A stretch of 64,000 nucleotides of DNA from Octopus sinensis (Eukaryota). Position numbers and translations under genes: made by a program. The notes under the pieces are model-generated. The model worked only from the letters and a program-made list of their open reading frames with translations. It was not told where the DNA came from and made no database searches. Shown here one piece after another: positions 1-12,655 of this stretch. The stretch spans positions 10,602,001 through 10,666,000 of the forward strand of contig NC_043021.1 of assembly GCF_006345805.1 (NCBI RefSeq). The letters run 5' to 3'. Within the stretch, counting starts at the first letter, position 1; each line of letters begins with the position of its first letter.

Positions 1-399
1 TTAGTACCTGTAATTCAAAAGGGGCTAGCTTTCTTGCATTCTATGTCATGCTGAATCTCCCTCAGAACTATGTTAAGGGCATGCATGTCTGTGGAGTACT
101 CAGCCACTTGCACATTTATTTCAGGAGCAGGCTGTTCTGTTGATCAAATCAACTTGCCAGTTTTAAAGTTTTTAGGAATGACTGAGTAGTAAAGACGTTG
201 TCCTCACAATCATAAGAGTCTAGGTTCAGTCCTACTGCTTGGCACCTGGGGCATTGACTTGGGATTTGTTAAGTGAAATTTGGTTGATGGAAACTGTACC
301 GAAGCTCATAGACTGGATAGGCTGTAGCTGTAATTCGATAGTCTGGTCATGACACAAATTATGTTATGATGGTTCAGACTAAAGGGTTGGAGGATGCGT

Positions 400-710
400 A
401 GGGGCTGGCTTGGGGCTGTCAGCTCTGGTAGACCTGGTTGGCTCTACTAATGATGACACCTCTGGGACCACTAGCTTGGAATGATCCCAACCCCATCAAT
501 CAAGAGCATGAAGCCAAACCAAGCCAACAATGATGTCTCCCACTCAATGAATGGAACCTGGAATTTTAGTGTGGGCAAATTACAACAGAGTAACCTCTAG
601 TACAGGTACTCAAGGGCTGTGTGGTGGCCTTTCAAACTGGGTACTTTGTTTGGCTCACCAACCGAAATGGTTATTTCTAGCCTTGGCTACAGGTTGTTCA
701 TCCGACTTAC
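400..710 (+). mobile_element. Possible degenerate LINE 5' fragment (start of APE endonuclease)
   Basis: One frame reads MNGTWNFSVGKLQQ, similar to the GTWNV...GKL start of LINE endonucleases; heavily decayed. Confidence 0.3.
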
Positions 711-959
711 ACCTTTCTCCTTGTTACCTTTGCGGACATAATTGCATTTTAGTAATTTCCAGGTTGTTTATTACAACCACCAATTAATACCATCATCTTC
801 GTTGCCGTAGTTACCACTGTATTTAACATCATGATCATGGCCATGACCACTACCACCACCACCACCACCATCATCATCTGTTTGTGTAATAAGTAATAGA
901 ATAACATTCCTACAGATTATATATTACTAACTCCTATTTATCCCTTCTATGTTACATGG

Positions 960-1231
960 GATTTGTCTACCTCTCTCCCTTCCTTCCTCTCTCCTTCCCT
1001 CCTTCATCTCTCCTTCCCTCCTTCATCTCTCCTTCCCTCCTTCAATTCTCCTTCCCTCCTTCATCACCTCTCTTCCTGTCTCTTCATACCCCCCCTCATC
1101 TCGTCTCTTTTTGTTTCTCTTTACCCCTCCCCCCTTACCATATTCCTCTCTATCTCTCTCTCATCTCCTCTCTTTCTGTCTCTACCTCTCTCTCCCTTCC
1201 CATGCTCTTCTCCCCCCCCTCTCTCTCTCTC
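960..1231 (+). repeat. Long polypyrimidine (CT-rich) tract; a second at ~52015-52410
   Basis: Directly visible. Confidence 0.9.
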
Positions 1232-1240
1232 AACGGGCAG

Positions 1241-1272
1241 GAATCTATGGCGAAAGATTCTGTTCAAATTAG
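1241..1272 (+). other. Possible 32-bp microexon
   Basis: Follows a ~280-nt pyrimidine tract ending in cag; donor AG|gttaac. Reading frame ambiguous (ESMAKDSVQIR or NLWRKILFKL). Confidence 0.3.
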
Positions 1273-4200
1273 GTTAACATTCATCAACAATTTCCCTTGT
1301 TTACATCCTAAACACTGGTTTCCCCCCCTCTCCACTACCAGCCAACAGCCAATCACTAACCACCCTTTCCCCCCTCCTCCAATGTGTTGATTCAATCACT
1401 AGGAATGAAGAAATAAAAAAAATCACTTAGTCTGAAAAAAAAAGAAAGAAAAGGAAAGCCTAATCTGTTTGCCTAACAAACTCTTCATATCATCTCTTCC
1501 TAATCACATTATAGGATTTCAATGGGTAATCCTCTTTTCGCATCGTCTCACAACAAATCATTACCGGGATCTCTTAACGAAGATCGTTTAGCTTAATACT
1601 AGTCATAACTGCACCAAGCTAAACTCAAAGCCCCGATACACTCAACTAGTGTCCACGTGTCTTTGAGAGACGTGGCTGTGAGGTAAGAAGTTTGCTTCCC
1701 AACCACATGGTTCTGAGTTCGGTCCCACTATGTGGCGCATTGGGCTTGGCAAATGTCTTCTGTGCAGTCTTGTGCTGACCAAATCCTTATGAATGGATTT
1801 GATACATGAAAACTGTCCTGGAGTTGAGTACTTAGACTGAAACATCTTTCAAGGTGAAGCTCCAGCATGGCTGCAATCAAATGAGTGAAACAAGTAAAAG
1901 AATTAAAGAATTTGGGCACACTAATGGCTATGTGGCAGACATGTTTTCTTTGTAACCACATAATTTTGAGCTCATTTCCTTAGGTGTGGTCCATTCTAGC
2001 TCCAGGACAACCTATGTCTTGTGTGGAAATTTGTGGGCCTCATGGAGGCAAAGTGGCCGAGCACCTTTCGAGCATTGGACCTCACGGAGGCAATGACCAA
2101 GACCTTTGGCATTATGTTGTATGTGAGAAGAAGACCCCACAAAATCGCAGTCGTGGCAGATACTGGTGTCATGCAAATGGCACCCATGCTAGTGGCACGT
2201 AAAAACACCCATTATACACTCGGAGTTGTTGGCGTTAGGAAGGGCATCCAGCTGTAGAAACCCATGCAAAATCAGATTGGATCCTGGCACAACCTTCCAG
2301 TGTGCCAGCCCAGTCAAACCGTCCAACCCATGCCAGCATGGACAACAGACATTAACCCTTTAGTGTTTAAACCGGCCATATCAGGCCCAGATATTCTGCA
2401 TGTTTTATATTCAAACTGGCGGTATCTGGCCTCTCACACCTAACCTACATTGACATTCTAGAAATAAACAATCACATCATTGAAACCTCAAAGCTATAAG
2501 ATAATGCATGATTAATTCAAAACAATTTGAGTGAAAAAGAATTACATTTAACAGAATAATCTGAACTCTAAAGGGTTAAATGATGATGATGGAAACTGCA
2601 GGAAGCCCATCATATACATGCGTATATGTGTATGTACATGCATAAATGTACATCTGTGTTTATATACTCCATACTCATCACTGCTAGAACAAAGCGATGC
2701 AGATGTTGACCAGTGAGTGGCACTTACACTTTTGAAAAACAAAACAGCTGTGGAATAAAGATAGTCTTTATTGAAAATTAAGTATGAGATGTCAACAGGA
2801 AGTGCATCCAGCCATAAAATCCTGCTTTAAGCTTTTTAATACCCAACATTCCCCTGCTTCAGTGATAGAAGCTTTATTTTAAAGTGATCTGAATTAGAAC
2901 CTTCCATTAAAATTCCATGTTAATTTATGCTAATTTATGAATGATGTTGACTCATATTTTTTGGGATGTAAAACAGGTTAAGAACGTCAATTGTTTTTAC
3001 GAAGAGGACAAAATCGAGGAATTCCGCTTCTTTCTTTCTTTTCTTTTTTCTTTTCTTTTTTTTTGCATAGAACTCGTTAACTCGTTAGTGTTCTCTTTAG
3101 TGGTCTTTTATCTTTGTAATTTCACAAAATATTTCAGCTGCCTTTTAGTTCTTTTTCGAGCACTTATAAAAAAAATATTTATTATTTATTATTCATATTA
3201 TTATTATTATTGTTGTTGTTGTATTGTACTGGTTTTATTCCTTTCTCTTTCAATTTTTGCTGAGAAGCTTTTGTTTATCATCATGATCATCATCTTTTTA
3301 CATTCTCTCTTTATTGTCATCATCATCACCAACATTAACACTACCACCTTCAAACCTGGCAGTCAAAAGAACCAAAAAATTGAAGACAATCTTTTCATTT
3401 TTCTTTTTTTTTTTTTGACGTATATTTATTTTTCAGTATTATTTTTGTGGTTGTTTTATACATTTATTTATTTGGGTATATTTTTTTTATATATTTATAT
3501 TGTTTGCTAGGACCCAGTTCTCTGAATTGTATTACCATTCCTATCACCACCACCACCACCACATGTCATTACATGACCTTCCACTACGGTACAGCAGGGG
3601 TTTACCTTCAGTCTGTATTTCTGTCAATAAACTGCACTTGTGGAATTGTCGAATTGTCAGGTCATTGAGAGTACCACCACAGTACCCAGTAGCAAGTTGA
3701 ATAGTAATTTGATGTCTTGGTCTGTGAGATAAGGCTTGTCTCTGACACGGTAACTTCAGTTGATATCAAAGTCTATTGTATTGTGATAAGAGTGGTGGTC
3801 GTGGGGTTTGTGTGGGGGACTTTACTATTTTTAGTTTCAGTCAATTCTGTCAATAAAAAATGTACTTTTCGGGGACTGGACTTTGGGTTTTAACACCCGT
3901 TGCTGGATGGATATTGTCAGTGTACACAGACGACAGAGTGTACTTGACTTAAACCGATTTAGCACTCCGATTACTTTTTGTCAATTGTGATGCTTATTTA
4001 CTCACATCGTTTTGAATTAATCATGTATTGCTTTGAGATTTTAATGAGGTGATTGTTTATGTTTAGGAGGACATTGTAGGGTAAGTGTGAGAGGCCAGAT
4101 ATGGCCAGTTAAACCCTTTAGCATTCAGATTATTCTGTCAAATATAATGCTTATCTATTCACATTGTTTTGAATTAATTATGCATTATCTTGTAGCTTTG

Positions 4201-4502
4201 AGATTTTAATGATGTGATTGTATAGTTTTAGAAGGACATTGTAGGGTAGATGCGAGAGGTCTGATATGGCTGGTTAAACCCTTTAGCATTCAGATTATTC
4301 TGTCAAATATAATGCTTATCTATTCACATTGTTTTGAATTAATCATGCATCATCTTATGGCTTTGAGATTTTCATGATATGATTGCTTATTTTTCGAAGG
4401 ATATTGTAGGGTAGGCGTGAGAGGTTGGATCTAACTGGTTTGAACATAAAACAGGTAGAATATCTAGGCCAGATGTGGCTGGTCTGAATGCCTAAAGGTT
4501 AA

Positions 4503-5050
4503 GAGGGAAACTGAGTACAAGAGGCATCAGATGTTGTGCGCAAGAGAGAAGACCGATGGTTCGGTTACATGATGCATATGGAGGAGGACACCTGAGCACT
4601 TTGTGGTGCACCTGAGCACTTGTGGTGCACCTAAGCACTTGTGGTGCACCTGAGCACTGTGTACAATAATTTCATTATATTATTAAAGAAGTGCCAATCT
4701 CTAATTTTGGAGGGAACCTGTGGAGGGGATAGATCCAGGAAGACATGGGATGAAGTAGTGAGAAAGGGTCTTTGGACACTGGGCCTCACTGGGGAAATGA
4801 TAAGGGGTTGGGACTTGTGATTTGCTGTACTCAAGAAGACATGTCAAGCTAAGTAAATTCACAGCCATCCATACATGCTGGCATGTCCTTTGCAGGTGCC
4901 AATGCCATATAAAGGGCACTCATGCTGGTGGTACATAAATGCACCTGTACCGATGGTATGTAAAATCACCCAGTACACCCTGTAAAGTGGTTGGTGTTAG
5001 GAAGGGTAGGCACCCAACCTTAGAAACCATGTCAAAACACAATTAGAGTC
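4503..5050 (+). mobile_element. LINE 3' end (ORF C-terminus + 3' UTR). The same UTR recurs at ~2040-2352(+), 17905-18070(-), 19350-19555(+), 19920-20232(+), 28110-28275(+), 54210-54430(-), 60500-60625(+)
   Basis: Degenerate LEGTCGGDRSRKTWDEVV...LGLT. Shared UTR gtggttggcgttaggaagggcatccagctgtagaaac...tccaacccatgctagcatggaaa..gacgttaaa(tga)n in the listed copies. Confidence 0.75.
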
Positions 5051-5064
5051 TGGAAATATGTTTG

Positions 5065-5340
5065 TGATGCATGTGCTTGATGTACCCTTATCAGACGGGT
5101 AGTCACGATGGGTTTACTGGGCTTCATATATTTTACCCCAATGTCACTTTGATGGCATACACTACTCTCTCACTCAATAATAATAATGATAAGTGCACAC
5201 ATGGTTATGATGCATGTGCCTAGTGTACCCTTATTGGACAGGTAGTCATGGTGGGTATACTGGGCTTCGAATATTTTACCCCAGTGTCACTTTGATGGCA
5301 TACTCTACTCTCTCACTCAATAATAATAATAATAATAATA
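5065..5340 (+). repeat. Tandem duplicate of a ~140-bp unit ending in (TAA)n, probably a retroelement 3' end
   Basis: tgatgcatgtgc...ctctctcactcaataataat occurs twice. Confidence 0.8.
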
Positions 5341-5517
5341 GTGGTGATGATGATGATGTTACAGAATAAAAAGCTCTGTTTACAAAAACAAAAAATTATT
5401 AATGAATGTAATGTGATATTTAACGTTTTAATTCACTAAAAGAATGAGAAATTTGTTGTTTTCTTCCATTGTTGGTGACATTAATAATCTTATCGGTAAA
5501 TGGTATATATTTTGTAG

Positions 5518-5592
5518 GTGGAAGAGCTCAGTCGCAAAGCAACCGTTGAGAAGAAAGAAATGGAGGAGCGACATGACCTCGTTAGGGAACAG
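5518..5592 (+). CDS. Internal coding exon of an unidentified large plus-strand gene (VEELSRKATVEKKEMEERHDLVREQ, coiled-coil-like)
   Basis: Acceptor tatattttgtag, donor CAG|gtttgt, 75 bp, phase 0-0; purine/GC-richer island in AT-rich flanks; open frame. Confidence 0.7.
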
Positions 5593-6336
5593 GTTTGTGT
5601 CATCTTCTTCATTTTAATCTTTAAAAAATGACCATTTATTCCCCCACTGTTTGTCATATTCTTTTTGTGAGGGTTTTGTTAAAAATAATCTTTATTTTTT
5701 TTTTTTTTAGGAAAAAAAAAAAGCGGTCCTCCAACACTTTTTTTTCCCCCCCAAAATGTATTTTGTATGGTTTTCTTTCCTGTTATTTTATTTCAGTTAA
5801 AAGAAACAAAAAAAAAAACATGGGGTGGGGCGGAGTTGATTGCTTTTATTATTATCAACAGAATCATTAAAACGGTGGATGGAATTCCTAGCAGGATTAT
5901 GTTACATCACTTTGTCTTGGGTTCAAATCTTTATGGGATCGATCCAACTTCACATTCTGCCAATACCATGGAGCTAATCTACAAAACTGAAGTACCAGTA
6001 ACATACTGGGATCCAATTTAACCAAAATCATTTCTCAAAAAGATTCGAGGCTTTGTTATCTATATTATAAATCACTGTTGTTGTAATTTTTCTTTGTTTT
6101 TTTGTATTTGTGTTTTTTATTTTATTTTGTTGTTGACATAAGCTTGAAAGTGTGTGTCTGTTGGTCAATGTCTAATAACCTTTTAACAGTTTTATTATAA
6201 TCAATAATAATAATAATCAATAATCAATAATAATAATAATCAATAATGTTATCTAACATCTTATTTTTTCTCCTCCCACCTTCTTTCTCTTTTTACTGAA
6301 GCCATATTGGACTTTGTAGTTGTCTTTTCAATACAG

Positions 6337-6378
6337 AATAAAAAGCGAATTTATAAACCAGTTGGTATTCCGTGGATG
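6337..6378 (+). CDS. Candidate short coding exon (NKKRIYKPVGIPWM)
   Basis: Acceptor ttgtcttttcaatacag, donor ATG|gtaatt, 42 bp, phase 0-0, compatible with the previous exon. Confidence 0.5.
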
Positions 6379-7489
6379 GTAATTAAATTAGACTAATTAA
6401 TTGTTCAAGCTGCAGCATTGACAGTTGCGATTGGGTAGATGTGTCTAAACAGTAAAGGGAATTTCATGTGTTTGGTTAATTTTTTTCCAGGTTTTTTTTT
6501 TTTAAATTTGATTTTTTTTCGTTTGGTTGTTTGAAGCATTCAAAGAGATGCTTTTATGTAATCCAAAACTAGAGGAATAATTTCAGAATTTAAATTTATA
6601 TAAAACGGAATTATATGATAATAATAATAATATTAATTCTTTCTACAAATGGCACATGGCCTGGAATTTTGGGGGATGAGGAAAGTCGATCACATCGACC
6701 CCAATACTTGACTGATACTTAATTTATCGATCCTGAAAAGATGAAACGGTAAATCGACCTCGGGGTAATTTGAACTCAGAACATAAAGCAGATGAAATGC
6801 TGCTAAACATTTTGCCTGGTGTGCTAATGGTTCTGCCAGCTCACCATAATAATAATAATAATAATAATAACAACAATGGTTTCAAATTTTGGCACATAAC
6901 CTTCAGTTTTGGGAGAAGGGTAAAGTCAATTAAATCAGTCCCAGTGCTCAACTGGTACTTATTTTATCAACCCTGAAAGAATGAATGGCAAAGTCGACCT
7001 CAGCAGAATTTGAACTCAGAACATACAGATGGATGAAATGCCACTTAGCATTTTACCTGGCATGCTAATGATTGTGTCAGCTCACTGCATTTTGATAATA
7101 ATAATAATAATAATTGCAGGTATGGCTGTGTGGCAAGATGTTTGCCTCCCAAGCACATGATTTCAGGTTCAGTTCCACTACATGACACCTTGGCCAAGTG
7201 TCTTCTGCTATGGACTCAGGCCAACCAAAGCCTTGTTAGTAATTCTGGTAGATGAAATTGAAAGAAACCTATGGTGTGTGTGTGTGTTTGTTTTGCTATT
7301 GTCTCCTCTCCTTGGCATTGTGTGATAGTTTTAAGCAAGTGTCACTGATATGTGAGTGATGTCCTTCATTTCATTCTTCCGTAATATGTTTGGACATGAA
7401 GAAATATCCCTTTATGTGGAGACTGGTGACAGTTGGTCACTTCAGTAAACTCCATCTGATCTATGGCACAAACATGAGGATCTTGGAAG

Positions 7490-8200
7490 CGAAGAGCATT
7501 GGTAGTGTTTGACAGATGGAAATCTGAAATGATAAACTGTATCATTTATAGAAGCTCAATAACAAGTGATTAGAATGAACTTGATAAAAGGACAAAGATT
7601 GATAAAACTAAGAGCAAGTGTAGAATGTATGAAAAAGGGATGAGTGCAGTTAGCTAGCACAAAATGAGTTTAAATGCAGGCATGACTGTTGGTAAAAAAA
7701 TGCATTAGAATGTTAGCCAATTTTATGGATTTGAAGTACTGAAAAGTGATATGAACACAAACCAAAGACTCTCATGGTAAATGATAATTACAAAATTTTA
7801 TGAGATTGGCCAGATCAGATGTGATCATAGAAGATGGAAAAGATAAGCACAGTGTAAGATCATAGACTTCACAATATCTATGATAACAGAGGGGATATAA
7901 AAAAAACTTGAAAATCGAGAAATATTAGGACTTATCCAGAAAGATGAAGATATTGTGAAACACAGAGGTGAAAATTCTTCTGTGATATTCAGTAAGACAC
8001 CCAAACTGCTACTTAAGAGGCTGAAGGATATTGAAGTTAAGACATGTATTGCCAATCTGCAGAAAAGTATCGACCAGCATTCTGCAAGAATTCTAAAAGA
8101 GATTTCTGAAATTTGAGGAAACTCATTGACACCACACTCATCTTTTGAACATCCCTAATTAAATTAGCATGGAATAGCTTTTATGTAATAATAATAATAA
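7490..8200 (+). mobile_element. Degenerate R4/Dong-type (restriction-like endonuclease) non-LTR retrotransposon 3' fragment
   Basis: Interrupted frames give DGNLK..SFIEAQ*QVIRMNLIK, KCRM, ARSDVII and CKIIDFTIS, matching R4/Dong C-terminal motifs as recalled; ends in (TAA)n. Confidence 0.65.
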
Positions 8201-8568
8201 CAAGAGCTCTCAGAGAGCACAAACTTCCACCAAGGCAACACCAACATCCTCTCAACGATTAGCCAGAGATGATTTTTAAAATGAGAATATCTGAAATAAA
8301 CTCAACTACTCTCACAAATGAGAATACTAAAAATGAACTCAACTGCTCTCAAAAATTAAGTAAAAAAAGCAGGAAAAAATCCAGAATCCTTGTCTGATAC
8401 CAGATCGACCCCCAAATCTAATCAGTTTGTGCCAGTCACATGGCCAAATGTCCTTGAAAGTTTTATCTGAATCCATCCAGTAGTTCTTGAGATATCTTGT
8501 CTATGGACAAACAGATATACACACATGACTGAAAACAATACCTCTGCCCTCGCTAAGGCGGAGGTAAT
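8199..8568 (+). mobile_element. Non-autonomous Helentron/HINE-like element
   Basis: Begins aacaagagc; internal aatccatccagtagttcttgagatat...acagatatacacac; 3' hairpin cctctgccctcgctaaggcggagg; inserted in (TAA)n. Confidence 0.6.
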
Positions 8569-8778
8569 AACAATGGTTTCAAATTTTGCCACAAGGGCAG
8601 CGATTTTGGGGGAGGAGATGAGTCGATTACCAGCACTCAACTGGTACTTATTTTATTAACCCTTAAAGGATGTAAGGCAAAGTCAACTTTGGTGGAATTT
8701 GAACTCAAAACGTAGTGATGGGCAAAATACCACTAAGTGTTTTGCCCAGCGTGCTGACAATTTGGCCAGCTCATGGCC

Positions 8779-8812
<34 letters not shown>

Positions 8813-9399
8813 TTTCACATTTAGCACATGGCTAGCAATTTTAAGAGGTGGTGGTGGTGGTGGTGGGAGTTGATACCATGAACCCCATGTTATGTGACTG
8901 GTACTTTCCATCAACCCCAAACACGTGTGTGTGTGTCTCATCAACATGTGTGTGTGTGTGTCTTTGTCCCTCCACCATCGCTTGATAACCAATGTTGGTG
9001 TGTTTATGTCACCATAACTCAGTGGTTTGGCAAAAGAGACCGATAGAATAAGTACTAGGCTTATAAAGAAACAAGTCAAAAGGCAAAGTAAAAGACTACC
9101 CACATTTGCTAGTAAGTGACATTCTTTTGGAAGATTATGTATGTATAAGGTTTATTTATTTCACTGGTCCTCAACCGGGGTTCATATGGTCCTTGAGGTT
9201 CCACCTAAGATTTTGTTGGTAAAATTTACCTGCAATAAACTGGCTATACTTCTGCAACATACAAAATATTTTAATAGTTATTTTTATACAATTCTTTATA
9301 ATTTTCAATTATAAAAAATACTGTTCTATATTTTAGAAATGAAGAATTCTGTACATTGTTTACATCGGACAAATAAGTGTCCTCACCTTGTTTGTTGTC

Positions 9400-9446
9400 A
9401 TCACAACATTTCGGCTGGTGTACTCTCCAGCTTTCATCAGGTGTCC
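9400..9446 (-). ncRNA. Minimal type I hammerhead ribozyme-like motif in a Penelope-like insertion (~9335-9490)
   Basis: Minus strand: GACAC-CTGATGA-AAGCTGG AGAGTACA CCAGCC-GAAA-TGTT-GTG. Both core boxes are intact, stem II is GCTGG/CCAGC, stem III is decayed. Confidence 0.6.
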
Positions 9447-10833
9447 TGGTGGAGTTTGAAATTCCTGATCTGTCCAATGTAAATAATGTATAAAAATATG
9501 ATAGGATCTTTTTAAACATCAAGTAGCTATGGGGACCAGTCCGAGTAAAACAGGAATGAAAAGGATCCATAGGCAAAAAACAGTTGTGAAACACCGAGTA
9601 AGTTGGTGTACTGCAAGCAGGGTCAGGGATTTTACTTGTTATATTTCAATAAATATGTATTTACATTTATAAAATGTTGAGATACGACTAGTTCTATTTC
9701 AATGGTTTCTTCCTAAGTTACCTACCCACCATCAGACTTCTTAACCTCACATCACATTGTTCTCAGTCTCATTAGAAGAGAAAAATCACTCTGTCACACA
9801 GACAAACTATGGCTGGTCACAAAACAAAAAAAAAAAAGTTGGTGGTGGTGGGGGGATACCCCTCCATCTGTTTCTGAATTCAGTGTGATGTGAAACCTAT
9901 AATAACTGTTTGTGTTCTGCATGTTTGATACAAGCCCAAAAGCCTGGACATGCATGTCCCATGTGCTTAACATGTACGTGTATGCATACTACTACTATAA
10001 CTACTACTACTACTATGGTTTGCTTCTCTGCTGCTTTCTGTTTGAACTTCCTCATTACTAAAAACATAAAAAAAAAACTAGAAAGTTCTTATCTGAAATC
10101 TGGGTGAAAGAAGTTACTAGGAGAAAATAAAATTTATCAAGTTGGCCTCTTATAGCTTTTAGGGTTCTGAAAATAAGGGCAGAAGATTTGTGTCTTTTGG
10201 GGTTTTTTTTTTACCCCCTCCCCCCACTCGTTTTTGCTTAAAAGGCAAAAAAAAAAAAAGAGACAGAAAGAAAAACAACATTGGTATTGAAAATGTCATG
10301 AATTTCCCTTAGTCTTACTTTAACTTTAATGTTCCTGTAATTTTGATTTAGTTAAACTGTGCACCAAAACTTTTAGTATTATTAGTCTCTATAAACATTT
10401 GGTTGCATCTCCTTCCCACACTTGCAGTCTCCCAAGATACGGTCAGGTCATTTACATCACACCTCTCTAAATGACCATATGAAATTACTATTTATATTTT
10501 TCTTAGTTTTTTTTGTTTTTTTTCATTTTTTAAAAATTTCTACTAGATTATTGTTATTTTCTTTTAAAACTTCATTATAATTCTTTTACCCTTTAACATT
10601 TAAACTGGTCATATCCAGCCCAAATCGTCTTCCTGTTTTATGTACAAACAGGCGTTGGCCATGACTGGGTGGTAAGAAGTTTACTTTCCAACCACGTGGT
10701 TCTGCATTCGGTCCCATTGTGTGGCATGTTGGACAAGTGTCTTTTGCAATAGTCCTGGACTCGCCAATGAAAGTTCAATATTACTAAATGTCTCAACAAC
10801 ATGTACTTATCACATTACTACTAGTTTCCTGTA

Positions 10834-11154
10834 TTGCAACATCAATATTAGCAGTTGGGAGGCAGTTGCCGGCAACCGTGGAGAATGGCGACGTACAGTA
10901 AAAGAGGGAATACAAAAGAGTGACAGACAGAGAGAGAGAGAGGAGAAATGGAAAGAAAGGAAGAGACGTAAACAAGAGACTATGGCACTACAACCAGCCA
11001 GGAACAGTCTTCGCTACATTTGCGGTACCTGCCAGAGGGAGTGTTTGTCCAGGATAGGACTACACAGCCACAGCAGGAAATGTATCAGGACATGAAATAT
11101 AAAAAAAAATGCGCAACTCCATTGTCTCCCGAGACAGAAAGGATGCCAATACAA
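10834..11154 (+). mobile_element. 5'-truncated RTE-clade LINE with 15-bp target-site duplication
   Basis: Encodes WEAVAGNRGEWRRTV...CGTCQRECLSRIGLHSHSRKC (RTE C-terminal zinc finger). TSD tactagtttcctgta at 10819-10833 and 11155-11169. Confidence 0.9.
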
Positions 11155-11189
11155 TACTAGTTTCCTGTACATGTAGTTGAAACGGTTAG

Positions 11190-11250
<61 letters not shown>

Positions 11251-11624
11251 TACATACATACACATCCACACATATGTCTGAGCCATCAGAAAGTTGTGGA
11301 GAATACAATGCCGAGATCAAACAATATAAGGATAACAAGGATACAAAAGTGGACATACGAAAATGAATAAATGTAATTAAAGATGATGGATGAAGGACAA
11401 GGATGAACTGGATAAGAAATGAGCAAAATATAGCCTCGGGGCCCAAAAGACTCAAATATATATATATAGCCAAGCTAATATGGCAGTCCAGAAATATAGG
11501 ATGAATGCTGCCGTTGATTAACTCCAAGAAGCCATCGCCTCTAGCTAGCTATAACACATGGACCTGTGTCCATTACAACCATCGAACAGGGGTGGTCAGC
11601 CGCTTCCCCTTGCTTGTCAGGCAC

Positions 11625-11665
11625 CTGCAGACTAGTTTCAGGGAATTTGCCCCTTATCAATGCAG
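11625..11665 (-). ncRNA. Degenerate minimal type I hammerhead ribozyme in a Penelope-like fragment (~11280-11680)
   Basis: Minus strand: CTGCA-TTGATAA-GGGG CAAATT CCCT-GAAA-CTAG-TC-TGCAG. Stem I is perfect, stem III is the palindrome ACTAGT, cleavage triplet GUC; the core differs from CTGATGA at two positions. Confidence 0.65.
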
Positions 11666-12269
11666 AGCAGCTGAACCCATATATATATATATATATAATG
11701 GACTTTCCCTATCAGTTTTGATGTATGAGGATCCAGCAACCTACTCTTTCTTTGTCAGTCATAATGCTTATGTCAAATGTAATGGGTATGCAAATCATTG
11801 TGCTAATGATGCATGAAGAAGCCCACATGTTGCAAGTATGAGGATTACGGGTCAGTGCAGGTGGTATATTTGCAGCCACTTCTCTCCTTTGCCTTACACC
11901 CCTTAGCCTGTTAATGCTTGTTGAAACAGTCTTCTATACCATATTGATACAACAATCTCCATTCTGTTCCCTCCGAGGCTGTGTATATTATATATGATTA
12001 TATGTAAATGTAAGATTCAAAGATTCTGGTGTATATCATATATAAGTATTTGTAAAGGTAAGATCCATGGATCCAGGTGTAGGAAGTTAGTAAGCTTCAA
12101 GCAGTCTGTAGAAAGTATAAAGAACAACTTTCAGGAACAATAATGATTTATTGATGCAGAAGATTGTAAAGTTTTCCCATATCAAAGTTTGATAAGCTGA
12201 AAAAAAGTTATTTTTTTAGTCCATGGTTAGCAACTGGGGTTGCTGTGTCTGCAAATAAAATTTATATAT

Positions 12270-12655
12270 ATATGAGCAAAAGCCCCCCCCCCCCGTTCAA
12301 TGGACGGTGCTGAGTTGTCAAACATTTAAATCAAATATTCTCAAAACAACTTGTCCAACCGTCCCATAGGCCTCCCCTTTGAGAAACACTGATTTAACCT
12401 AAATTTGAGACACCAGCAAAAGAAGAAATAAAGATAGACTTCTTTTTCTATTCCAAGAAAAACGATTTTACAAATGCACGTTCCCACGGCTTTATCGATC
12501 GCATTCTCACCTGGAATCGATTTTTGTAATTTTTTCAAGACTTATACACGCCCTGGTACCATCGGTATCTACATATCAAATTTGAGCGCAATCAGATGGA
12601 GGATGCCCAAGATCCTAGAAGACACACACACAGACAGAATGATTTTATATTATAT
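12270..12655. mobile_element. Possible non-autonomous Helitron/Helentron-like element in a (TA)n tract
   Basis: CpG-richer than flanks; ends caaatttgagcgcaatcagatg...acacacacagacaga..ttatattata. Confidence 0.4.

Noticed and set aside
2941-3510. 189-aa hydrophobic ORF
   Set aside because: T-rich low-complexity intron-like sequence giving F/I/L/Y runs; not a credible membrane protein.
4589-4660. Four ~19-20-bp direct repeats (cacctgagcacttgtggtg)
   Set aside because: No unique spacers and a eukaryotic context; a minisatellite, not CRISPR.
5518-5592. Resemblance of this exon to the phospholipase C-beta distal coiled coil
   Set aside because: Recalled from memory over 25 coiled-coil residues only; neighbouring exons do not support it, so no gene symbol is assigned.
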